From the IMG/VR virus record IMGVR_UViG_3300030688_000001: DNA of 64,000 bases. The stretch is one strand, 5' to 3'. A program made the translations under genes and the position numbers. Of the stretch, positions 1 to 7,795 are shown one piece after another. The DNA is from a virus. Positions within the stretch are counted from its first letter, which is position 1; each line of letters begins with the position of its first letter. Under the pieces are notes generated by a model. It did not search any database, was not told where the DNA came from, and saw only the letters and a program-made list of their open reading frames with translations.

Positions 1-209
1 AACTTACCATTAAGAGCATCATACTCACCCCCAACGTCTACCAAATAATCAGCACCTATCCAATCAACAGGATCACGACTTCTTATTACCGTTACAGGGA
101 TCTCTTCAGAATAAAGTAGTTGAAGGGTGGCACAAGCAAATACTTCATCGGCGTGAAAAATTCCTGTATGGGTCACTATAGTTATTTTTTCAGTTTTTGG
201 CTCTTCCAT
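1..209 (-). CDS. MYG1 (UPF0160)-family metal-dependent hydrolase/exonuclease, N-terminal part (runs off the window edge)
   Basis: Manual translation from ATG at 209: MEEPKTEKITIVTHTGIFHADEVFACATL...IRSRDP...ADYLVDVGGEYD. This matches the MYG1 motifs THxGxFHADE and DVGGxYD. Not in the ORF track because it is truncated. Confidence 0.8.
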   Translation of the reverse strand, partial: MEEPKTEKITIVTHTGIFHADEVFACATLQLLYSEEIPVTVIRSRDPVDWIGADYLVDVGGEYDALNGK

Positions 210-212
210 AAA

Positions 213-746
213 TCAGATTTTGGTTTTGATAATGTGTTCAACCAGATTGATTAACTTCTTATACTGCTTACCAAACTTATTGTTTTTATGAGTCTTTTCT
301 ACTTTGTTTTTGAACTCAGTCAAATTTCCTGTAAAACAACCACAATCTACTTGAACATTCTTTCCTACCCAATAAATGGTAGTTTGAGCGTTTCTAGAAC
401 CAATTTTAGAAGAAGTAAATCTTTGTGGGTTAGATTTGAAACCAATACAAGTAATACAACTTATACAATCTCTACAATCTCTACAATAATTACAACTATT
501 ACAATCTCTACAATCATAGCAACCATTACAACCTTTACAATAAATACAATCATTGCAATATCTACAATTACTACAATTATTACAACTACTACAATTATCA
601 CACCAACCACAATCAATACAACTAGTACAACCGGTTAGGGTAGGTGAGTATAGAGTAGCTAATTCTTCTGATAACCAGCTATTATTGTTTTCGTCATACC
701 ATCTATTATATCTTTTTGTTATTTTCATAGTATTCAAAAGCTTCAT
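213..746 (-). CDS. CxxC-repeat protein, paralog 1, with a C-terminal GSRN..TT..CGCFxGxLxEF domain
   Basis: About 20 tandem CxxC units. N-terminus shared with 6632..7027 and 37975..38370. Probable start is ATG 728 (MKITKR). Confidence 0.75.
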   Translation of the reverse strand: MKLLNTMKITKRYNRWYDENNNSWLSEELATLYSPTLTGCTSCIDCGWCDNCSSCNNCSNCRYCNDCIYCKGCNGCYDCRDCNSCNYCRDCRDCISCITCIGFKSNPQRFTSSKIGSRNAQTTIYWVGKNVQVDCGCFTGNLTEFKNKVEKTHKNNKFGKQYKKLINLVEHIIKTKI

Positions 747-957
747 CTAATTGTTTTAAAGCCTGGTCACGTTTTGACCCTTCCTTATACTTGAGATTAA
801 TACCTTTATTACCAGTAAGTCCAATATACAACCATGCTTTAAGTAGATCTCTAGGTTGAGGTGATGGACTATCAAACTCATTATATGCATAATAATTAGT
901 TATAGCTGATAAAACTAACCTATGTCCATCTATAAATATAATTTTAGAATTTTTCAT
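706..957 (-). CDS. hypothetical protein
   Basis: 83-aa ORF, co-oriented with and overlapping the next gene. Confidence 0.5.
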   Translation of the reverse strand: MKNSKIIFIDGHRLVLSAITNYYAYNEFDSPSPQPRDLLKAWLYIGLTGNKGINLKYKEGSKRDQALKQLDEAFEYYENNKKI

Positions 958-980
958 TGTTTTAGTTTTGTTGCTTTGGT

Positions 981-1054
981 TGGAGACGGTAATAGGAATT
1001 GAACCTATGAAACTTGTTTTGCAGACAAGTGCTTTGCCATTCAGCCATACCGTC
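981..1054 (-). tRNA. trnC: tRNA-Cys(GCA)
   Basis: Acceptor GACGGTA/TACCGTC, U73 discriminator, encoded CCA. Anticodon arm CTTGT-CTGCAAA-ACAAG. T loop GGTTCAATTCC. Confidence 0.92.
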
Positions 1055-1168
1055 TAGGATTAAAATTAGTACAGTACTTCAGCTTACGTGATGACTAAAT
1101 ATTTAGCAGGAACGAGTATGAAGTACTGTAATATCATCATAATATTCGTGACCTATAATGATGAAAGC

Positions 1169-1307
1169 GGAGCCGTGGGCCGGATTTGAACCGACATCGG
1201 CCGAATTTACTTCGGTGCTCTTCTTATTGAGCTACTTTTTCAAAAGACATTAATTAGCTAGATTAACGCGCGCTCTAGCCAACAACGTACAGTTAATAAT
1301 TCACGGC
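1169..1307 (-). ncRNA. aberrant tRNA-like element (possible pseudo-tRNA)
   Basis: D arm TAGCTCAATAAGAAGAGC; anticodon arm CCGAA-GTAAA-TTCGG with only a 5-nt loop; T arm GTCGG-TTCAAAT-CCGGC; 3' CACGGC. The complementary GCCGTG lies about 70 nt upstream of the D arm. Confidence 0.5.
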
Positions 1308-1312
1308 ATTAA

Positions 1313-1340
1313 GGCCTGTCAAATAATGAAATTGACAGGG
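1313..1340 (-). terminator. hairpin downstream of tmRNA
   Basis: CCTGTCAA-N9-TTGACAGG inverted repeat immediately after the tmRNA CCA. Confidence 0.45.
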
Positions 1341-1344
1341 AAAG

Positions 1345-1756
1345 TGGTGGACGTGGTTGGATTCTCACCAACGTGTTTACTTCAAAACAATATGATTTCT
1401 ACAAGCTTAGCCAGAATTTTAATACTAGAATAAGGAACTGACTCAACCTTAGCTATTCCAGTATTTTGTCCTTGTTAATTAGATTGTAATAGTACATAGA
1501 CTAAACTATCACAACTCACTTATAGATTACGGTTCGTTAGTCCCATAAGTTTCAGACCAGGAACCGGTATTGGTTAAACCAACACTTCATTGACGGAGGG
1601 AACGAACTCATCCGCTTGCGCAGAAATCGCCATCGCTTCATCAAGAATGCTCATTTTGTTAGCATTTAACGTTTGCATTCATTTTTAGGTAGCCGAGAAT
1701 GCTTCTACCGCTTGCTGTCATATCTTTCTAAAATAAGTCGATTATGTTACACGCCC
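1345..1756 (-). ncRNA. ssrA: tmRNA (one-piece)
   Basis: Acceptor GGGCGTG/CACGTCC-A-CCA with the G3.U70 alanine determinant. 5' ...AATCGAC motif. Pseudoknot 1 (GGTAG/CTACC and GCATTC/GAATGC). Resume codon GCT lies 11 nt after pk1. Tag frame 1663..1574. Confidence 0.93.
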
Positions 1757-1913
1757 ATAAAGCATATAAGAAAATGTTACACTACTAAATTATAATATGC
1801 TAGTATAATTTAGTTAAAGAAGGATTTGATTCTATTAAAGAACTTATCCTTTATTTTTGTTATTCTCCTGATAATTGAATCAGGTTTTCGACTAAGGGGG
1901 CTTTATTATTTAG

Positions 1914-2047
1914 TGCAGGAGGTAGGATTCGAACCTACAAGACGAATCTAATATCTTCAATGCTACGTTCGTCGACGGAGACCGGCTACTGATTGAAGTC
2001 AGGTAAGCCTACTATCCGTTGCGTCTGCCAATTCCACCACTACCTGC
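1914..2047 (-). ncRNA. non-canonical tRNA-like RNA (Leu-type body with extended anticodon and variable arms)
   Basis: Acceptor GCAGG(T)AG/CTCCTGC-A; Leu-type D loop GTGGAATTGGCAGAC; stem ACGGA/TCCGT enclosing 35 nt; variable stem GACGAA/TTCGTC; T arm GTAGG-TTCGAAT-CCTAC. Confidence 0.75.
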
Positions 2048-2051
2048 AAAA

Positions 2052-2555
2052 CTATTCCTTAGACTTAAACTTACGTAATTGATACTGAGAAACACTAGAA
2101 TAGACCTTACTGAGGTTGTTGTAAATTGCTTCAAATATATCACCGAACAAATTCCAAAACACACTCCAAGGCCAATAAGCAATCCAAGTTATAATCTTAG
2201 ACTTCCAATAAGACAAGGATAGCTCACTTTTTAAACTCATTAATTGAACTTCACTTAATTCATTGCCGTATGCTGTTTTAAATTTTTCTATTATTTTTGC
2301 AGAAAACTTGAACCACCGAAAAATGGACCAAAGCATTCCTATCACTAAATAACAGAAAGAATAAAGAATGACTGAACCCAAAGTTAAATGATGATGAATA
2401 GGTTCCCAACACATAAAAATCAAACTAGCCAGAACTATACTTCCAAATACTGGTTTATTGTGATCAATAGCGGCTGCCAATATCAGATTGGCAATTATGA
2501 GTAGCAACCAGAAAGCTAAGGTGCCAACTGCGAACAATGTGAATAAAGTATGCAT
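2052..2555 (-). CDS. multi-pass membrane protein
   Basis: Three to four hydrophobic helices; last gene of a tight operon. Confidence 0.7.
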   Translation of the reverse strand: MHTLFTLFAVGTLAFWLLLIIANLILAAAIDHNKPVFGSIVLASLIFMCWEPIHHHLTLGSVILYSFCYLVIGMLWSIFRWFKFSAKIIEKFKTAYGNELSEVQLMSLKSELSLSYWKSKIITWIAYWPWSVFWNLFGDIFEAIYNNLSKVYSSVSQYQLRKFKSKE

Positions 2556-2564
2556 ATTGGTTTA

Positions 2565-3134
2565 TTAGAATTCAAGACCGATCCCTGCCTGCCAACGAAC
2601 TCCATTATCACTCCCACTAGTACGCCAACTCTTACCTGATTCTTGAGTAAACAAGTCATAATTAGCGCCGGCATAAGAATAGGTATGATCGTTAAAATAC
2701 CATTGCAGCAAGATTTCAGGCCCGGTTCTCCACAAATCAGAAACACCAGCACCATAAACGTTACCTATACTCCAACCTCCGTTAAAGTATAGGTTCCTCC
2801 AAATCTGCTGGTTCCAATCTGCATCAATATCTGTAGCCCCACCAAACAAAGGCTGCCAGTAAATGCTCTGACTAGCACCAACCCAGATACTCGGAACCTG
2901 TTTGAACGGATCAATAGAGAAGGAGGTATCAAATCCTACTGTATTGTGGTTGTTATATGAAGTACCGGCACCACCAAATGTAATGTCGATCTTATTATAG
3001 TCAACACTACCTACATTAGTTTCACTCAATGTAGGCGGACTGAGTATAATTGGTGTGTGGTTAGTATTGGTTTCGGCCAATGTTGTAATTGCTGACAATA
3101 TAGTAATTGCCAGCAAGATTGTAGTTTTTATCAT
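2565..3134 (-). CDS. secreted outer-membrane beta-barrel-like protein
   Basis: N-terminal signal peptide, alternating amphipathic strands, C-terminal WQAGIGLEF resembling a BAM beta-signal. Confidence 0.65.
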   Translation of the reverse strand: MIKTTILLAITILSAITTLAETNTNHTPIILSPPTLSETNVGSVDYNKIDITFGGAGTSYNNHNTVGFDTSFSIDPFKQVPSIWVGASQSIYWQPLFGGATDIDADWNQQIWRNLYFNGGWSIGNVYGAGVSDLWRTGPEILLQWYFNDHTYSYAGANYDLFTQESGKSWRTSGSDNGVRWQAGIGLEF

Positions 3135-3149
3135 TGCTTTTGTTTTGTT

Positions 3150-4226
3150 TTAGTTTGAATTTACTGGGATGATGGATTGTAGAATAATGACCTTAAAAAG
3201 CACCATCAATTGCTGCTTACTAATATTGTTACCTGTCAGATCAATTGTAACTGCTGAATGTGACGTTGCATCATCTACTAATGGCAACGTATCTTTATAT
3301 TTTATCGTACCGGTCAATCCTGCAATCTTGGTATCAGTATCAAAGAAAGAGGATTCATCAGATGTTGATACACTAAAAGCTGCATCAGGATTAGGTAGAG
3401 GTTCATTAACTCTGATATCGAAGTCATATTCACCCAAACCATTTGATTCTCGATTAGGATCAGGAACCCACCTAAAAATACCAGCAATTCGATCAATTTT
3501 CACACCACTTATATCATTGTATTGAGCAGTCAGATTATTAAGAAACCAACATTTCTTATCATAATCATATAACAGCTCACCATTGACAGTAACGGAATCA
3601 TAATAACCTAACGGGCCTTGACCAATTATGACTTGATTAAACGACATCTTATCATACTTCTTTAGTTGTACTGTAGTTGTCTTACCATTAATACATCTGG
3701 TAATGTTAATCAGGCTTAGACTATCAGCCCAATTATCCGGTTTATTAGGTATCTTGCCAGCAGCAGTTCCTTTAAAGTAGCTAGTAAATCCTCCAGCTTG
3801 TCCCATTGGTAGAATATCAAATACTAGACTACCTGAATCATAGTTATATACCCCATTATCATTAATAGGTACAATACCATGTAATGATCCAATATTCTTG
3901 GTTTGAGCAGGATTATGTGGGTTAACTACATCACAATCAACGTTATAAGCCAATGCTCGATGTTGAGTCACAGCCTTGCTCACCCAACCACTAATGATTT
4001 GTGGAGTGTCTTGAATAGTACCGTGAAATAAGACACTATTGGCTACGTTGAAATTCAGATTATACACATCCCTCACACCAGGTATGTTGGGTGAATTGAA
4101 GGTATTGAATTTAATGTCCATTGTCCCTTTAATGAATAAGGGTGAGGGAGGTGTTTGAGCCGATACTCCGAGCACAAAAAGAAGTGATAGGAGTAAGCTG
4201 TTGATTTTCCAAAGATGTGTGTTCAT
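3150..4226 (-). CDS. secreted beta-rich protein of unknown function
   Basis: Signal peptide ending GVSA-Q; 358 aa. Confidence 0.7.
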   Translation of the reverse strand: MNTHLWKINSLLLSLLFVLGVSAQTPPSPLFIKGTMDIKFNTFNSPNIPGVRDVYNLNFNVANSVLFHGTIQDTPQIISGWVSKAVTQHRALAYNVDCDVVNPHNPAQTKNIGSLHGIVPINDNGVYNYDSGSLVFDILPMGQAGGFTSYFKGTAAGKIPNKPDNWADSLSLINITRCINGKTTTVQLKKYDKMSFNQVIIGQGPLGYYDSVTVNGELLYDYDKKCWFLNNLTAQYNDISGVKIDRIAGIFRWVPDPNRESNGLGEYDFDIRVNEPLPNPDAAFSVSTSDESSFFDTDTKIAGLTGTIKYKDTLPLVDDATSHSAVTIDLTGNNISKQQLMVLFKVIILQSIIPVNSN

Positions 4227-4229
4227 GTA

Positions 4230-4364
4230 TTAGTTTTGTTGTTGGTTTTGGTCAGGCATAACAGCTTGACTATCTTGTTGTTGTTGAGCACGGTTTAAGG
4301 CCAAAGCTACCAAAATCAAGATGACTATGATAACAATTGACCCCATCAGTTTATAGTGTTTCAT
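4230..4364 (-). CDS. 44-aa single-pass membrane peptide
   Basis: Manual translation MKHYKLMGSIVIIVILILVALALNRAQQQQDSQAVMPDQNQQQN. ATGA overlap with the stop of the upstream gene. Confidence 0.6.
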   Translation of the reverse strand: MKHYKLMGSIVIIVILILVALALNRAQQQQDSQAVMPDQNQQQN

Positions 4365-5152
4365 GTGATTTTTTGTTTAGGTATTCTCACGATGTCATTG
4401 TTACTAGTTGAAGTAACTTCCGCATCCCAAATCTCAGCATCTTTTAAGGCTTTAGGGGTTGAGCTAACAATAGCTTTCTGTTTATCCGCCTCTTCCTCAG
4501 CTAGACTGATCTCCAAACTACTGAATGCCTGATTAAGACTAGTCTGCACGCTATCCAGAGCTGTAGTAGTCTTTATCTTGGCAAAAATATCATTATCATT
4601 GAATCCAGCTGCCTCATTAGCTTCTCTAGCAGCTTGAGCTAATTGCCATTCAGCATCGACTCTTTCAATAGTCTTGCCAAACTTCTGCAATTCATCCTTA
4701 GCCGCCATTAATTTCTGGGTCCTGGCTTTATAGATTTGATGGAGTTTCACACTCTCATCCCGATAAGCTGCTGCTCTATCAGGATAGTCTTTAATAAAAC
4801 CATCCAATTTACTGTCAAAATTCTTGCACTGGGCACCAATATTCTCTACTGCAACTTTAGCAGCATCCCACAATTTCTGCTTACGCTGCTGTTCCACTAA
4901 TAGAGTTTCTACTGGGTTTTTATTAGCTTCAGCCCTAATAGCCTTCAACCTCCAATTAGCAAATTTCATGCCGATATAAGGCCAGAAGTAGAGGGTGGAG
5001 TAACTGATACCGAAAGCAACTATCATACCCACCAATCCTTGGATAATGGTGAATATAAATGGAGCAACTATCAATGCGGTTAAGCAAAGTCCTCCAATTT
5101 TTACAATTGCTTGAATTCTTTCTTTACGTTGTTCTGGTGTTAATGTGTTCAT
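4361..5152 (-). CDS. PspA/IM30-like coiled-coil protein with N-terminal TM hairpin
   Basis: Two N-terminal hydrophobic helices, NPVETL motif, then long heptad coiled coils. The fold call is an inference. Confidence 0.55.
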   Translation of the reverse strand: MNTLTPEQRKERIQAIVKIGGLCLTALIVAPFIFTIIQGLVGMIVAFGISYSTLYFWPYIGMKFANWRLKAIRAEANKNPVETLLVEQQRKQKLWDAAKVAVENIGAQCKNFDSKLDGFIKDYPDRAAAYRDESVKLHQIYKARTQKLMAAKDELQKFGKTIERVDAEWQLAQAAREANEAAGFNDNDIFAKIKTTTALDSVQTSLNQAFSSLEISLAEEEADKQKAIVSSTPKALKDAEIWDAEVTSTSNNDIVRIPKQKIT

Positions 5153-5184
5153 TATTTGTTTTGTTTTGGCTGTTGTTCAAAGGA

Positions 5185-5216
5185 GGGAGTGGACCCTTAG
5201 CACGGTATCCACTCCC
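5185..5216 (-). terminator. GC-rich hairpin
   Basis: GGGAGTGGA-N14-TCCACTCCC. Confidence 0.5.
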
Positions 5217-5283
5217 CATAATTATATTTCAGATATAACGTCTAGGCTAATCAACTTATTAATCACAATGCAACAAATGTTTA

Positions 5284-5405
5284 ACTTAATCATAACGCTC
5301 TACCGCTAAGCTACCGGGCAATTCTGTGAAGTGGAATAAAATGGCTGCCCAGCTCGGATTTGAACCGAGGTCTTTACTTTAGTACATCTGTTATTGTAAT
5401 TAACT
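5284..5405 (-). ncRNA. circularly permuted tRNA mimic (YrlA/Y-RNA-like topology)
   Basis: Order 5'->3': stem strand, T arm CTCGG-TTCAAAT-CCGAG, CTGGGCA-G-CCA, 21-nt linker, TGCCCGG, D arm TAGCTTAGCGGTAGAGC, complementary stem strand. No anticodon loop. Confidence 0.75.
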
Positions 5406-5525
5406 ACCTAAACTAATTTTGAACTTAGGGTGAAAACTTGAGCTTCAACCTTATCTTTAACTTTAACTTGAGCTTGAGTTGCAGAGCATAGTATATCTAT
5501 GTCTCTGCTCACCCAAATTGTTTGA

Positions 5526-6269
5526 TCACTTACCAAGGATGTATTTGACTATGTCCTGGCCGATTTTCTCGCCCACAACATCAATATTGTTGGCGCGTGC
5601 TTGTGCTGACTTGATAGCGGCCACCAAGTCCTCACAACGAGACAAAAGATCACTTTTTTCAGCTGGTGTGAGCATGCCAGACCACTCCGTTTCATGCTTA
5701 TAACCTATTATCACATCCCTTACTTCTTTCGTAGCCTGGGCCGGATGTTGAGCTGTGGCAGGAACCAGTACGAAAGGATAGAACTCCTTGGTAGTCCTGG
5801 AAGTGACCCGAGGTTCAGCTTTATAAACATCTTCACCTTGATCATGGTCAGGCTTGAAGTTTTTGACTGGATCAAGAGTTGGGATCTTTTCGAGCAGACT
5901 TTTGAAGGTCTGAATATGCTTTTCAAGTTCCAGCAGACCAGTAGCCGGAATGTCCTTGAGTAGAACTGTACCATCCACAATTACATCTGCCTTAGCCAGA
6001 CAATTTGTGGAATTGATTCGATTACAGACATCCAGAACATTAGCAAAATCATTGCCGATCCAGCTCAGTTCTTTCCGTACTGTAGTTTGCCGCTTCACGT
6101 TCTTCTCCACCACATCCTGTTGATTTTCGCCCAAAGGTTTGAATATAACATGTTCTTCAACAAAGTGAAGGTGCTTCTTAGTGAAGAGTTCAGTCAAGTC
6201 ACTGATTAGCTTTGTGAGCTTACCAACGACACCTGACTTTACTGCCAGGATTTCATGTAGTTTAGCCAT
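5526..6269 (-). CDS. conserved hypothetical protein (MAKLHEILAV... family)
   Basis: 247-aa ORF with motifs ADVIVDG, PATGLLELEK, PTLDP and ATAQHPAQ, resembling a family I recall from bacteria and phages; function unknown. Confidence 0.8.
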   Translation of the reverse strand: MAKLHEILAVKSGVVGKLTKLISDLTELFTKKHLHFVEEHVIFKPLGENQQDVVEKNVKRQTTVRKELSWIGNDFANVLDVCNRINSTNCLAKADVIVDGTVLLKDIPATGLLELEKHIQTFKSLLEKIPTLDPVKNFKPDHDQGEDVYKAEPRVTSRTTKEFYPFVLVPATAQHPAQATKEVRDVIIGYKHETEWSGMLTPAEKSDLLSRCEDLVAAIKSAQARANNIDVVGEKIGQDIVKYILGK

Positions 6270-6317
6270 AATTAGTTTGAGTTTAATGTTTAGTTTGAGT
6301 TTTAGCTTAGTGTTAGT

Positions 6318-6485
6318 TCAGGAATATACTTCCCGTTCTTCGTTTCTTTTTGTTTCACCAGTTCCTTTACAGACTGGACATTTTTGCTTGTTTCTTTTGT
6401 TGGTTACGTGATGCTTGCCAACAATCCCTCTCCCACCACAATTAAGGCAGGTGGTTGGTACTTCGACTAGTTTTGTGTGTTTCAT
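6318..6485 (-). CDS. 55-aa DnaJ-type zinc-finger protein
   Basis: Manual translation contains CLNCGGRG and CPVCKGTG (two CxxCxGxG motifs); GGAG upstream. Confidence 0.65.
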   Translation of the reverse strand: MKHTKLVEVPTTCLNCGGRGIVGKHHVTNKRNKQKCPVCKGTGETKRNEEREVYS

Positions 6486-6631
6486 GATTTTAGTGTATTA
6501 CTCCAAAATGTTTAAGGCACCAGAAAATAAAGTAAATAACCCCGCACAGTATAGTTAAATAGATTGTTACTGTAATCACCCAACCTAAAATTAGGTATTT
6601 GATCGCTTTTTTCTTGTAGTCAAGCATAGTT

Positions 6632-7027
6632 TTAGTGTTTTGTTAAATAGTTTACTAACATAAGTATCAAGGTTCCTCCAAGCAATACAAGAAATAGTTT
6701 TAAAACGAAATAAGGATATTTATTTCGGTCCTGTATAGAATTGACGTTATGATGATAATCTTTACGATCTCTACAATATGTACAACCACTACAATTATTA
6801 CAATCACTACAATGACCACAATAACTACAATCAATACAACTACTACAATTACTACAATAAGCACAACTACTACAACTACTACACCATCTACAATAACTAC
6901 AACTACTACAATCACTACAACATCTACAATTAGTTAGGGTAGGTGAGTGTAGAGTAGCTAGTTCTTCCGTATCCCAACTATTATCGTTTTTGTCATACCA
7001 TCTATTACCTCTTTTTGTTAGTTTCAT
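6632..7027 (-). CDS. CxxC-repeat protein, paralog 2, with C-terminal TM helix
   Basis: Shared N-terminus MKLTKRGNRWYD..NSW..EELATLHSPTLTNC; CxxC tract; hydrophobic tail. Confidence 0.75.
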   Translation of the reverse strand: MKLTKRGNRWYDKNDNSWDTEELATLHSPTLTNCRCCSDCSSCSYCRWCSSCSSCAYCSNCSSCIDCSYCGHCSDCNNCSGCTYCRDRKDYHHNVNSIQDRNKYPYFVLKLFLVLLGGTLILMLVNYLTKH

Positions 7028-7506
7028 AGTGTAGTAGTGTAAACTGCAAGTGTATTGCTAAAGAATTGTTCATAAGGCCAGGTAACCATATAATTAGTTC
7101 TGGTCCAAGGATTGTAAAGACCGTGTTTTAATACTACATATGTACTAGTAAAATAGACTAGACAAGCATGTGGATTGGTATTGTAATAACCAACCCAAAC
7201 ATAAGGTTGATTAAATTTTATCTTACCTACGAATTTTAAAGTCTGTCCAGTCTGTTTAAACCAAGCTGCTTTTATAGCAGTCATTGGTTCATTAGTCAGA
7301 TTCCATGTACTAGCCTCAATATCCATGTTAAGTCCCTCTGCTGCAAACATGGATAGAGTAGCAGGCCCACAAAAAGGTTGGGTTTGTTCTTGATAACTAG
7401 GTGTAGGAATGTGTTTAAATTGGTGAATTGAGATGAGCCAGGCTACAAAAAATCCACACATCCAACCAAAACACATTAATAGACCAGAAATTGTTTCCTT
7501 TTTCAT
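7024..7506 (-). CDS. membrane-anchored hypothetical protein
   Basis: N-terminal TM helix; ATGA overlaps at both ends. Confidence 0.6.
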   Translation of the reverse strand: MKKETISGLLMCFGWMCGFFVAWLISIHQFKHIPTPSYQEQTQPFCGPATLSMFAAEGLNMDIEASTWNLTNEPMTAIKAAWFKQTGQTLKFVGKIKFNQPYVWVGYYNTNPHACLVYFTSTYVVLKHGLYNPWTRTNYMVTWPYEQFFSNTLAVYTTTL

Positions 7507-7736
7507 CTTTTAGTAGGGAGTGAGAGAATTACAAATCCGATAGCGGCTAAAACACCACTAATTCCATCTTCAATCAGTTCTGCATCTGATTGTGGAAATA
7601 TTTTGGAACCATGGAAAATTGTTTCGGTTAAACAATAATACAAGCCCATAAAAACAACCAACCAGCCTATAAAATTAGAGTTTTTCATAAGCAGCATATT
7701 CATGATAATCCACTTCAACAGCTTGCGTACATGCAA
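7503..7736 (-). CDS. small two-TM membrane protein
   Basis: Two hydrophobic segments; true start may be internal. Confidence 0.5.
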   Translation of the reverse strand: MHVRKLLKWIIMNMLLMKNSNFIGWLVVFMGLYYCLTETIFHGSKIFPQSDAELIEDGISGVLAAIGFVILSLPTKR

Positions 7737-7795
7737 AGCTTTGATGCTGAATTATAGAAATTAACAGTTTATAAATATTAGGTTTAATCATATGT

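Noticed and set aside
288-638. Antisense and alternate-frame ORFs over the CxxC tracts (288..638, 553..750, 6700..6915, 6749..6937)
   Set aside because: Thr/Ile/Val-rich shadows of the 9-nt repeat; only the Cys frame shares the conserved paralog head
1317-1337. TTGACA boxes on both strands as promoters
   Set aside because: They are the two arms of the hairpin after tmRNA and have no good -10 at the right spacing
1914-2047. tRNA-Sec or opal suppressor call from the UCA triplet
   Set aside because: 6-nt loop on an over-long arm, 7-nt 3' acceptor strand, A73 and a Leu-type D arm do not fit tRNA-Sec; no genes need TGA readthrough
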